Positions 12,763 through 25,566 are shown, counted from the stretch's first letter. The stretch: 64,000 nucleotides of DNA from Eledone cirrhosa (GCA_964016885.1 OZ024742.1:133300001-133364000), one strand, 5' to 3'. A program made the numbers and translations. The notes: a model not told the origin generated them from the sequence alone.

Positions 12763-14564
12763 AGCTTATGCTAACAGAATAACTATGAAGCTTGTTCCCT
12801 TCCTTCTACGGTTAGCTATCCTCTTTGTTGTTATCTTGTTTCACTCGCTTTACGCGTTTTAATTGTCCTAATAACTTAATTTAGTTATTATTGCACCGAC
12901 GTGAGGTATATGATTTTTAATGCAATGAAATATCTATGATCGTCGGCAAATCACTGATGAGGGACTTATTTTATTACATGTTATCCATGTGCAACCAGCA
13001 GTATTCTTCTCCCCATTTTTTCACATATATTTACCTACTGCGATTCTGTTTTTTTCTCTCTCTCTCTCTCTTACTGCTCCCTCGCTCTCTCTGTTTCTCC
13101 TACTTTCTTTCGCCCCCTCTGTCATGTCAGTTAACTCTTCCTCACACTTCCACTCACTCACTCACTGTTTCTCCTCTTCTCACTTCACCCCGTTCGCGAC
13201 GAAATCATTTTCTCTCTTTCTCACATTTGAATTCGCTCCTGAAAGGTCTTTTTTCTAAGCGCTCATATATTCACCTAGCTTATGCTAACAGAATAACTAT
13301 GAAGCTTGTTCCCTTCCTTCTACGGTTAGCTATCCTCTTTGTTGTTATCTTGTTTCACTCGCTTTACGCGTTTTAATTGTCCTAATAACTTAATTTAGTT
13401 ATTATTGCACCGACGTGAGGTATATGATTTTTAATGCAATGAAATATCTATGATCGTCGGCAAATCACTGATGAGGGACTTATTTTATTACATGTTATCC
13501 ATGTGCAACCAGCAGTATTCTTCTCCCCATTTTTTCACATATATTTACCTACTGCGATTCTGTTTTTTTCTCTCTCTCTCTCTCTCTTACTGCTCCCTCG
13601 CTCTCTCTGTTTCTCCTACTTTCTTTCGCCCCCTCTGTCATGTCAGTTAACTCTTCCTCACACTTCCACTCACTCACTCACTGTTTCTCCTCTTCTCACT
13701 TCACCCCGTTCGCGACGAAATCATTTTCTCTCTTTCTCACATTTGAATTCGCTCCTGAAAGGTCTTTTTTCTAAGCGCTCATATATTCACCTAGCTTATG
13801 CTAACAGAATAACTATGAAGCTTGTTCCCTTCCTTCTACGGTTAGCTATCCTCTTTGTTGTTATCTTGTTTCACTCGCTTTACGCGTTTTAATTGTCCTA
13901 ATAACTTAATTTAGTTATTATTGCACCGACGTGAGGTATATGATTTTTAATGCAATGAAATATCTATGATCGTCGGCAAATCACTGATGAGGGACTTATT
14001 TTATTACATGTTATCCATGTGCAACCAGCAGTATTCTTCTCCCCATTTTTTCACATATATTTACCTACTGCGATTCTGTTTTTCTCTCTCTCTCTCTCTC
14101 TCTTACTGCTCCCTCGCTCTCTCTGTTTCTCCTACTTTCTTTCGCCCCCTCTGTCATGTCAGTTAACTCTTCCTCACACTTCCACTCACTCACTCACTGT
14201 TTCTCCTCTTCTCACTTCACCCCGTTCGCGACGAAATCATTTTCTCTCTTTCTCACGTTTGAATTCGCTCCTGAAAGGTCTTTTTTCTAAGCGCTCATAT
14301 ATTCACCTAGCTTATGCTAACAGAATAACTATGAAGCTTGTTCCCTTCCTTCTACGGTTAGCTATCCTCTTTGTTGTTATCTTGTTTCACTCGCTTTACG
14401 CGTTTTAATTGTCCTAATAACTTAATTTAGTTATTATTGCACCGACGTGAGGTATATGATTTTTAATGCAATGAAATATCTATGATCGTCGGCAAATCAC
14501 TGATGAGGGACTTATTTTATTACATGTTATCCATGTGCAACCAGCAGTATTCTTCTCCCCATCT

Positions 14565-14568
<4 letters not shown>
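12763..14568 (+). repeat. Tandem array of a 514-516 bp non-coding unit (one partial plus three full copies); candidate retrozyme
   Basis: Period 514/516/516 (e.g. 12936, 13450, 13966, 14482); units near-identical apart from (CT)n length and a few substitutions; units joined by a CATATAT remnant; (TA)n on both sides. Confidence 0.97.
12865..12965 (+). ncRNA. Permuted (type-II-like) hammerhead-like motif; also at 13379-13479, 13895-13995, 14411-14511 (+) and 12423-12523 (-)
   Basis: GTCCT-[AATAACT taattt AGTTATT]-[ATTGCA..ccgacg..TGCAAT]-GAAA-TATC-TA-[TGAT cgtcggcaa ATCA]-CTGATGA-GGGAC. Manual fold only. Confidence 0.55.
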
Positions 14569-14621
<53 letters not shown>

Positions 14622-14662
14622 CATATATATATATACATATATATACATACATATATATACAT

Positions 14663-14758
<96 letters not shown>

Positions 14759-14869
14759 AAAGTTATATTTAAAATTGTTGGGTTACAACCGCCAGTTTAA
14801 CCTCTTCAAATGCAAGTCGGTGTTATAACGGTATGTCGAATATATTTATCTATAAAACTGTTTATATTG

Positions 14870-14935
14870 TATTTTGTCTGAGGAAGGCATAGCATATTGT
14901 TAATATGATATCCCCGAAATATATATAATGAAATA
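14870..14935 (+). ncRNA. Minimal type-I hammerhead ribozyme in a ~200 bp insert (14757-14962)
   Basis: TATTTTGT-CTGAGGA-[aGGcATAgCATATT gtt AATATGaTATcCCc]-GAAA-TATATA-TA-ATGAAATA; AATAAA overlaps the end of helix I; (TA)n about 25 nt downstream. Confidence 0.82.
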
Positions 14936-14958
14936 AATATAGTTTCCATTTATTTAAT

Positions 14959-15000
<42 letters not shown>

Positions 15001-15013
15001 GATATAGATATAG

Positions 15014-15117
<104 letters not shown>

Positions 15118-15374
15118 CAACCCGTTAATGTGCATGTTTTTGCATATAGTGGTTATAGTTATTAAATTTCGTTTTCAGATATATTTAATTTACATATTCC
15201 CGTTGGTGTGTGTCGGTGATTATTAACATTAAGTGTATACATGTATACCTGTAGATGAACAGTATACGCAAACAACACGTATTGACACACGTTCAGACTC
15301 ATTGACATATATGCGTTTTTGTGTGTTAATGTGCGTGCGTATGTGGGCATGACTTTATCATTTCACATGCATGA

Positions 15375-15446
<72 letters not shown>

Positions 15447-15610
15447 TGTATATATATATATATATATATGTGTGTGTATATATATGTATATATATATATA
15501 TACATAAATATGTGTATATATATATATATGGATATAAATATATATATATATCCATACATGTATATACACATATATATATGTATATATACATATATATATA
15601 CATATATATG

Positions 15611-15659
<49 letters not shown>

Positions 15660-15746
15660 GAAAGGTATAGAAAGTATTGTAGCAAGAAGCCAACAGTATT
15701 CCATAATATATATATATTTATATATATATATATATTTATATATACC

Positions 15747-15778
<32 letters not shown>

Positions 15779-16087
15779 ATATACACACATTCTATTCCCA
15801 AAATTGTCTTATATATATCCTATTTCTTTTATTGGTGTTGGCTTTACATAAAAGCTTCTTACTTTGATACTTTTCTTAATTACCAATTAAACTATGAGGT
15901 GTATTTTTTTTTTCAATTATGGATCTTGATAATTATAACCAACTGATCAGTGTAGAAGAATTGAATTAGTGGAAAGCATGCAAACGAACATTAAATCTTT
16001 GGGAAATTAAATTACACACTCTGCCATAAATTTCATGCGAAAGTAATTAAGAATTTCATAATGACATTTTAATGGATTGTTTGAGAG

Positions 16088-16735
16088 TGGGAGAGAGAGG
16101 GGGAACAGAGAGAGCGTGCGAAAGAGAAAGTGAGGGAGATAGAGGCGGACAGAGAGGACGTGCGAGAAAGAAAGTGACGGAGAGAGAGGCGGGGACAGAG
16201 AGAGAGCGTGCGAGAGAGAATGCGAGGGAGAGAGAGGGGGGAGACAGAGAGAGGGAGAGCGTTCGAGAGAGAAAGCGAGGGTGAGAGATGGGGAGACAGA
16301 GAGAGAGAGAGAGCGCGTTCAAAAGAGAAAGCGAGGGAGAGAGAACGTGCGAAAGAAATAGCGAGCGAGAAAGAGGGGGAGACAGAGATATAGCGTTCGA
16401 GAGAGAGGGGGAGACAGCGAAAGAGCGTGCGAGATAGAAAGAGAGGGGGGGGGGGCAGAAAGAGAGCGTGTGAGAGAGAAAGCGAAGGAGAGAGAAAGCG
16501 AGGGAGAGAGACGGGGAGACAGTCAGAGAGCGTGCGAGAGGGGGAGACAGTGAGAGAGCGTGCGAGAGAGAGAGAGTGAGGGAGAGAGAGGGGAAGGCAG
16601 AGAGAGAGCGTGCGAGAGAGAAAGCGAGGGTGAGAGAGGGGGAGACAGAGAGAGAGCGTGCGAGAGAGAATGCGAGGGAGAGAGAGGGGGAGAGAGAGAG
16701 CTTGCGAGAGAGAGAAAGAGGTGGAGAAAGGAAGA
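16088..16735. repeat. GA-rich degenerate minisatellite
   Basis: Recurrent GAGAGAGCGTGCGAGAGAGAAAGCGAGGG / GAGAGAGGGGGAGACA units. Confidence 0.9.
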
Positions 16736-17489
16736 GTTATATTGATAGTTAGAGAGGCTGAGACACACAAAGCTACAGTAAGTGATTTGTGAGACGTTAT
16801 GATAGGAATGTTCAACATTATAGGGCGGGGAATAACGATTGTTGATATGAATGATGTCAGCAGAATAGGGTATACAGGATTCAAAAAGTAATGGAGAGAG
16901 TTACAGGAAAATGAGGGAGAGTCTTGTTCTGAATAATGTCATATATGTTTTCGGTATATGTCATGTCTGGGCCTGTCTATGCATTGTCTGTGTGTATATA
17001 GGTGTAGTATATATTAACTTCACGTACAATAAATACAAATTTGGAGGAATGCTTAAGTTGAGTAAATCAAACCAAGTATTTGACTGCTACCCCAGCGGTC
17101 AGCAGGGCAAGGCGTGTTTTCTGGGGTTCTGCTAAAGTCAGCAGCAACACACAACCACTTGTTGCTACACACAGGGAAAAAAAACATAAATAATCCTCCG
17201 AAATAGAGATATGTTACATTTATATCTAAATATCGTTATTATTATTTACTGATGTCCCTCTGTGTTTAACGTGAAATACATGTTCATTAATATATGTATT
17301 TTATGTATTTGTATATATATATATATATATATAGATAGATAGATATCATTCTGTGAACTCTTCAGTGGCTGGGATTCTTTTCTTTGTTTTTTGTGCCTCT
17401 CCTTTGTTCTGTCCTACGCCATCTACAACAACAAGATGGCGTAGGACAGAACAAAGGAGAGGCACAAAAAACAAAGAAAATAATCCCCA

Positions 17490-17532
17490 GTCACTGAAGA
17501 AGTCACATAATGTGTGACGAAAGAACTTTGAC
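17490..17532 (+). ncRNA. Minimal type-I hammerhead ribozyme preceded by an inverted duplication (hairpin 17359-17500)
   Basis: GTCA-CTGAAGA-a-[GTCACAT aat GTGTGAC]-GAAA-GAAC-TT-TGAC. Confidence 0.82.
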
Positions 17533-17740
17533 AATATATAAACAACCATCTGGTTGTGGAACCAACCAACCAACCGGACATTTATTAATTCCTAAATTTA
17601 TAAATTTATTATAATAAATTGAAGTGAAACACTTGTGCGTGTGTTTCTTATTGGCAACATAACCCTCCCATAGTATAACAATATCGGTTTCAACACAGGT
17701 TTTCAGATAAAGAATCTTGCTAAACAAATTCAGAAACGAA

Positions 17741-17860
<120 letters not shown>

Positions 17861-18479
17861 TTCGTTTGCACTTTCTTGTGATTGGAAAACATGTCTGGTC
17901 CTACAACACCAAATGAGGTAAACATTTTCAACTTTTCCATATCTACTCTGTCTGAATGTTCTCTTAACGTAATATCTGAATCAAGCTCTATTTAAGATTT
18001 GTTTACCATACATTGATGATCTTACCATACATTGATGATCTTACGCTTTTATTACCCAATACTCAAATGCTTTTGCGTTCCAAACATTCGCGGCATTAAT
18101 TCACTGTCTAATACAAGATTGCTGGAATCAGAATGTGCGGCTTTACTGACACTGACAGAATAAAAGGCACAGTGGATCACATGACAATTTTGTTTCGAAG
18201 TACCGGAACAAAATTATTTTTAAAAAAATAAATATACAAACGAAGAACTCCATGGTAATCGGCCGTTGAGATGGACTTGGGCAGGACAAAGAAAATAGAG
18301 ACACTGAAGAGATGCAACTGTTCGTCTTTCCGTTGTTTTTCCATTGCTTCTGTCCTGTGCCCCATATTCAATTTGTATTCTAAAGACAGTCATGCGGGCT
18401 TCGTTCAGGGGAAATATATAAGGTGAAGAATAATGTAAGAAAAAATGGATCAGTGAAAAAGAGTCAGGAATGCTTACGA

Positions 18480-19079
18480 AATAATTGTTTCTACTTTTGG
18501 CACAATTCCAGTGCATTACTGGTACTTTATTTTATCGACCCATAAGGTTGAAAGGCAAAGTTAACCTCCGCGAGATTTGAACTCATACAATAAAGGGACG
18601 TAACTCTATACTGCGAAGCAGGGTGTCCGACGCTCTATCGATTCTGCCAGTTGACTAAATAATTGTTTCTACATTTGGCACAAGGCCAGCAATTAATCAG
18701 TACGTTACTGGTACTTTATTTCATCAACTCCGTAAGGATGAAAGGCAAATTTAACCTCAACGGGATTTGAACTCAGACCGTAAAGGGACGTAACTATGCT
18801 TGAAAGCATGGCGTCCAACCCTCTACCGATACTGCCAATATACCGCCAAGTTGACTAAATAATTGTTTCTTATATAGGTACAAGGCCAGCAATTTTAGCG
18901 GAGGGGAAAGTCGATTAAATCGACCCCAGTGCGTGACTGGTACTTTATTTTATCGACCCCGTAAGGATGAAAGGCAAAGTTAACCCCGGCGGGATTTGAA
19001 CTCAGGTCATAAAGGACCGTAACTCTATACTGCAAAGCATGGCGTCCGGCCCTCTACCGACACTACCAATCCACCGCCC
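18480..19079 (-). mobile_element. Three adjacent copies of tRNA-derived SINE family 1
   Basis: Minus-strand A-box (TGGCAGTATCGG-like), B-box GAGTTCAAATCCC and central GCCTTTCATCCTTACGGGGTCGATAAAATAAAGTACCAG (resembles the Meta/MESC SINE domain from memory). Copies at about 18480-18648, 18657-18848 and 18857-19079. Confidence 0.9.
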
Positions 19080-19793
19080 AGTTGACTAAATAATGTTGGG
19101 TTGTTTTGTAACGAGGACCCAGTTCAGATTTCCGTTACAGCATGTAGTGATGAGATGAAAGATATTTATTTGATTTTTTTCTTCATGTGGGTAACTATAT
19201 TATCAATTACCACTTGACGCCTTCAATGAATGATCGACGATGAAAGTATTTGGATTGCAAGATGCCGTCTGATTTTGCACTTATTGTTAGGATATGAACT
19301 ATATACTATTGCTTTTGTGGCAAATGTGAACATTAATACTGCAAAGGGTACTGTGTAGAAATAGTGATACAGTTTTCGGGATTACGTTTAAGTGAAAATA
19401 TTGTAATTATTTTCCTGATGTAGTATTTAAAGTTGATATATATATGTTACTGCTCTGAAGGAAACTGGGAATTTAATGTGTTTGTTGGAACAACAAATTA
19501 TACTTTCTCGTGTCCAGATTGCTTTTTCTATTTTAATAACGCTGATGTTTCACGAGGTGGGTGGGGTGTTGTCTGCATAGCAATAAGAGTTGTGCAGAGA
19601 GAAAATACATGTCATTTTCCTTATATTTAGTTGTAAAAAGAGGTGATTGTCAGGTACAGTAACGCTAATTGTTTAATGGTAGTCACAAATGTTCTAAATA
19701 TGGCTCGGCTTCGGTTTGTCTTCTGAATTGTTTTGTATCATAGGTATGAATCTGATTGGGGTTTGTATGAGACTTCAATTGTCATATGCGCGT

Positions 19794-19826
<33 letters not shown>

Positions 19827-19956
19827 ATAGTAGTATTTGCAGTGTTTTTTTTAGTTGTTGTTTATATGTAGTTGTAATAGTAGCAGCAGGTCTACTCCTA
19901 GTAATATTAGTGGTTGCATTATTATTACCGAATCTATGAAATATTGTCATGGTATG

Positions 19957-20099
<143 letters not shown>

Positions 20100-20162
20100 A
20101 TTCCGGGTTGATTTGGAGGTAACCACAGTAAGTAAAGTATCATTACATAGCAGAGTATACAC

Positions 20163-20790
20163 GTTTTAATATAGAAGAGCTTCTAAAGGACTAGAACTGT
20201 TTCATTCGTGAGAAATCATAAAGAAGCTGGGTGTCCAAGTAAATGGTAGTATTTATGTCATTCCTTATCTGGTGGTAGGAGTGCACGGGATTGGGGATGG
20301 GTGTAGGTTATTGGTTGAAGGATTTAAAAAAGGGGATTCATTAAAAGCTCATTCTTTAAAGCTATAATATTAACAAGGACAGAAATAATACTGTAAACAA
20401 GTACAAAATTGGAATACCGATCCTTGTTATCACTTAAAGTAACAATGCCTGTAAGACAGGTATCTACAGGCTGGGTGGGTTCAATGGTTTAACAACGGGG
20501 AAATTCTTTAGAAGCTAATTTTGTAAGGCTAAAATGAATGTGACAAAGGCAGAAAAGGTTCCATCAACAGATTCAAGTCCTGGGGTGAACCCCCTATAGT
20601 GAAGTTTCTCTTAATATATATTCCAGGTGTCGACAAACACATTCACACTCGCACCCTCTTACACACATACACACACTTACACGCACGCACAAACAGGCAG
20701 GCACACACACAACAAACATACATAATGGTACATGCACACATACATATGTACAAATACATACATACATACACATATACATATATATGTGTA
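20163..20790 (-). mobile_element. Copy of the 24590-25198 HHR element with an inactivated ribozyme core
   Basis: Reverse-complement homology over ~600 bp; core reads TTTATGA instead of CTGATGA and helix III has a mismatch. Confidence 0.85.
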
Positions 20791-20801
20791 CATACATACG
20801 A

Positions 20802-20844
<43 letters not shown>

Positions 20845-21174
20845 TATATATATATACATACATAGTGCATACATATACATATATACATAAACATAGATAC
20901 AGTATATACATACATACACATACAAATACACATATATGTATATATATATAAAGACGGTTGAACTGCCTTACGTTGAGTACTCTCTATATTAATGCATTAC
21001 GATTTACCATACGGAATAGACCAGCTCTATACAGTGGTGAACCTCAAACCTGAATAAATATATATATAAACATAGGTGAATACACAAGTACACACAAACA
21101 CACATACAGACACGTTTATCCAAATATATATACATAATATATACATACATACATATATATATATACATAATTAT

Positions 21175-21330
21175 ATGTGTAAGTGGATGCGTGTGTGAAT
21201 GTGTTTGTCGACACCTGGAAAATATATATATATATAAATGAGTGTGTGTGTATGTATGTATATATATATGTATATGAGTGTGTGCGTATATGTATGTATA
21301 TATATATGTATATGAGTGTGTGCGTATATG

Positions 21331-21392
<62 letters not shown>

Positions 21393-21408
21393 TATAATTA
21401 TATATAAT

Positions 21409-21451
<43 letters not shown>

Positions 21452-21453
21452 TA

Positions 21454-21497
<44 letters not shown>

Positions 21498-21614
21498 CAT
21501 ATAGGCACACACACATATACATATATATATACATACATACACACACACTCATTTATATATATATATATTTTCCAGGTGTCGACAAACGCATTCACACACG
21601 CATCCACTTACACA
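21175..21614. repeat. Inverted repeat around a (TA)n core
   Basis: GTGTAAGTGGATGCGTGTGTGAATG.GTTTGTCGACACCTGGAAAAT... at 21176-21330 mirrored at about 21490-21614; arm derives from the 20163/24590 family. Confidence 0.8.
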
Positions 21615-21665
21615 CGTACACACACTTACACGCACGCACAAACAGGCAGGCACACACACACACAT

Positions 21666-23730
21666 ATACCCGTATAGAAAGCCGAATGAGACGCTTAATT
21701 ACATAAGTAAGCATTCTAACCATCCTGCCAGCATAACCAAGAACCTGGTAAGAAACGTTTCTTTGAGGTTTTCCCGTCTATCTACTAACGTGCATATTTT
21801 CAACGACCATTCCACATATTACAATGAAGCTCTTGCTCGGGGTGGATTTGTCGATAAGGTAGCATATACAGAGTACGAGATTAGACCTAGGAAAAATAGA
21901 TCCCGACGCATTATATGGTATAACCCAGCATATAATATGGAGGTGGCCACACCATTAGCTAAGATCTTTCTCTCCCTTATTATGAAGCATCCCCCCACCC
22001 AGCACATAAATATAGTAACATTTTTAATAGAAATACAATTACGATGTCTTACTCTACGGCTCCTAACTTTGCACATAACATCAAAGCTTCAAATTTAGCT
22101 AAATTACCTAGCCGTAGCTAGTACTAACTGTAATTGTAGGAATCGGGTTGACTGTCCCCTATCCTGGAAATGCCTCTCTAGTAACATTGTCTACAAATGT
22201 AAGGTTTAAAACCCACGTCCCGTAGGGCATTCATAGAGTTAACCGGCAATAGATTCAAGCAGCGTCTTTACATGCATACCCATTCTTTTCTTAACTCTTT
22301 AAAAAGGAATACGACGTCACTTTCAGCTTATATCTGGAGTCTAAAAGACGACCACACCCAATAAAAGTTACACTGGGGGATCCAAGCTAGGGCTAGATCG
22401 TATAACGGAAAAAAAAGACCATGTGACATCTGTGCCGCTGAGGCCCTGGAAATACTCTACGCCAAAGACCACATCTTAAACAAAAATTCGGCTTGTAAAC
22501 ATAAATTGCACAAAACTTTCCTTTATTACAGCCCCCAAATTATACCCTAACGGATAGTACGAACTATACGCGGGTATTTAACCTCTTGATGTGGTAGCTA
22601 AGTATATGTTATATTTATAACATTACTTATTTGTATAGGTAAGTATACATTACCTGTATGTTTTGTGAAGGTACGTATACTTCCTCGTACGTATATTTGC
22701 TTGTATATATTATGGCGTATATATTATATATACTGGTACATGTGTATTCGGGTTCATACGTATGTAGGATGTGTGTATATGTGTACTTTGTGTGTTGGTT
22801 GACGTACGTCCGCGAACATATGTGTATTTACATGTAGGTATGTGTGTGCGCCCGTTATATACGCATTTATATGTGTATATTTACATACGTTTATTTAATT
22901 ATATGGTTACACGCACATACACATATAGATATATATATTTCTTTTTATATACATTTTTCTCTATATATGTTTATGTGTATTTGGTGTATACGCTCGTATG
23001 TGTGCGGGTACAGACGTTGCGTTGGTCCTGTATGTGCGTGCGTGATATTTGTGTACGTGCTTGTAATTGTATACCCATTGCGAGTGTTTCCACGTATTCT
23101 TGTGTATGTATGTATATGGATGCGTGTATGTATTATTTAATTTCAATTACCTCTGTATTTTATTTACTTAATTCTTAACCCTGAAGCCGAGAATCATTCG
23201 GTTTCCTAAATCGAATTTTAATCTACGACTTCAGGTATACCATCTACGTAGTTTTGTCTTTGCGTGTAATTGTTCTCACCGCTCCTTATAATGATGTATT
23301 ATCTTCGTATTTTCCGTTCATTGCCGGAGAACGTCTCCACGAACCACCTTATAGAATATTCGTCTACGATTTCATTTATACCATAAACGTGGTTTTGTCT
23401 TTGCGTGTAATTGTTTTCACCGCTCCAACTTATGATGTATTATCTTTGTCTTTATCCGTTCTTTGCCAGGGAACGTTTCCGCGAAGCAAAGTATCGTCTT
23501 CCTGTCTTCCTTCGGTTACAACGTTTTTTGAAATATATACTTCTTCGTTCACAGATTGACTTTTTTAGTTTCAGAAGATCCCGTTCAGGGTGAAAGAGCG
23601 ATTCCTTGCTTAAACTTTAATCTCTTATGTTAATAAAACTTTGCTCTACGGTTCTTATATATTTGATATATATATATTTATCCTTAGCGAGCCCTCTTTG
23701 GATTTTAGTCTTCACATTTATTATAATTAC
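21666..23730 (+). mobile_element. Decayed 5'-truncated copy of PLE family A (same family as 33510-39238)
   Basis: PYRKPN..NYISKHSNHPASITKNLVRNV, RRIIWYNPAY, CNCRNRVDCPL; 3' UTR colinear with 38040-39238. Confidence 0.93.
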
Positions 23731-23867
23731 TATATACATATATATATAGATATATATATATACATATATATAAAGAAAAACAGATATATATATATACATA
23801 CATATACAGAAACATACATATATGCACATACATATAATTACATACACATACATACAAACGCACAGAC

Positions 23868-23992
<125 letters not shown>

Positions 23993-24133
23993 ATAAAGAA
24001 AAACATATATATATATATATACATATATATACAGAAACATACACATATGCTCATACATATAATTACATACATACACATACATACAAACACACACATATAT
24101 ATATACATATATACATACACATAGATATACATA

Positions 24134-24187
<54 letters not shown>

Positions 24188-24190
<3 letters not shown>

Positions 24191-24456
24191 ATCAAAAGAT
24201 GGTTAAATGAGTTCCATGTATTTTATTATGCGCATTTCAAAAACAAATACCATCATGCAATAACATTTGTGTTTTCATCAGATAAAATAGGAGGACATGA
24301 TATGAAGGTTAAAAACACTTGTGGATAGTGCAGTTTTAAATCAACATATGAAAAGAACTCTTATATATTATGTATACTCCAGTCCTACAAACTGTAGAGT
24401 GCTTCTTATCCGATATCTGCATTGCTTTATTGTACTACAATAAAACTCACCTCCTA
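24188..24456 (-). mobile_element. ~270-bp non-coding HHR mini-element or solo pseudo-LTR
   Basis: Shares both ends with the 27553-27960 copy and one end with 12204-12319; bounded by microsatellites. Confidence 0.82.
24219..24289 (-). ncRNA. Minimal type-I hammerhead ribozyme
   Basis: Minus strand: TATTTTAT-CTGATGA-[aaacACAAATGTTAT..ATGGTATTTGTtttt]-GAAA-TGCGCA-TA-ATAAAATA; 8-bp helix I; palindromic loop 3. Confidence 0.9.
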
Positions 24457-24589
24457 CAAATATGTATATATATATGTATATACATATATATACACAAAAA
24501 CATACACATACATAACCATATACGCATATCCATATAAACGCACGTACACACAAACATACGCATACATACGGCCACATATATATGTATAT

Positions 24590-25198
24590 GTGTATATATG
24601 TATGTATTTGTATGTATGTATGTGTGTATGTACCATTATGTATGTTTGTTGTGTGTGCCTGCCTGTTTGTGCGTGAGTGTAAGTGTGTGTACGTGTGTAA
24701 GTGGGCGCGTGTGTGAATGTGTTTGTCGACACCTGGAATATATATTAAGAGAAACTTCACTATAGGGGGTTCACCCCAAGTCTTGAATCTGTTGATGCAA
24801 CCTTTTCTGCTTTCTCACCCTCGTTTTAGCCTTAAAGTATTAGCTTCTAAAGAATTTCCCTTTTCTTTAAACCCTTGAACCCCACCCATTCTGTAGATAC
24901 CTGTCTTACAGGCATTGTTACTTTAGGTGATAACAAGGATTCGCATTCCAATTTCGAACTTGTTTAGAGTATTCTTTCTGCCTTTGTTTATATTATAGCT
25001 TCAAAGAATGAGCTTTTAATGAATCCCCTTTCTTTAAATCCTTCAACCAATGACCTCCACCCATCCCAATCCCCACCCTCTCCTACCATCATATAAGGAA
25101 AGACATAAATACTACCATTTACTTGGACACCCAGCTTCCTGATGATTTCTCACGAATGAAACAGTTCTAGTCCTGTAGAAGCTCTTCTATATTAAAAC
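24590..25198 (+). mobile_element. Non-coding PLE-like terminal segment ending in HHR + ATTAAA
   Basis: Second copy at 20163-20790 (-); HHR at 25133-25183. Confidence 0.8.
25133..25183 (+). ncRNA. Type-I hammerhead ribozyme with a true helix III
   Basis: AGCTTC-CTGATGA-[tTTC tcac GAAt]-GAAA-CAG ttctagtc CTG-TA-GAAGCT; GUA cleavage triplet; ATTAAA at 25191. Confidence 0.9.
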
Positions 25199-25298
25199 TA
25201 TGTATATATATGTAGTGACAAATGGAACGGGAACAAAACAGAGAGGCAGTACAAACAAAGGTTTATTAGTTCCTACTCTTGAGGGTGGGGGAGGGGGT

Positions 25299-25353
<55 letters not shown>

Positions 25354-25530
25354 ATATATATATATATTTAGTAATAATAACAATTTGAAGACTAAAATCC
25401 AAAGAGGGCTAGATAAGGATAAATATATATCAAATATATATATATATATATATACATATATATATGTAGGCGTGTGTGTGTGTATGTGTGGGTGTGTGAG
25501 AAAAGCCACAGACCATCCATCCCAACTCTA

Positions 25531-25566
25531 CTTTTGAACAGCAGAAGAACTGCGAAACCGGTAAAG
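25531..25566 (+). ncRNA. Decayed minimal hammerhead
   Basis: CTT-TTGAACA-[GCAG aagaa CTGC]-GAAA-CCGG-TA-AAG; two core mismatches; AATAAA at 25573, then (TA)n. Confidence 0.55.

Noticed and set aside
12936-14408. Repeated 129-146 aa hydrophobic ORFs in the tandem array
   Set aside because: The frame changes with (CT)n length between units, the sequence is low complexity, and no domain is recognisable.
12763-14568. CRISPR-like array
   Set aside because: Whole units repeat with no unique spacers; eukaryotic context and no cas genes.
18480-19079. tRNA genes suggested by A and B boxes
   Set aside because: No cloverleaf; the boxes belong to multi-copy SINE heads.
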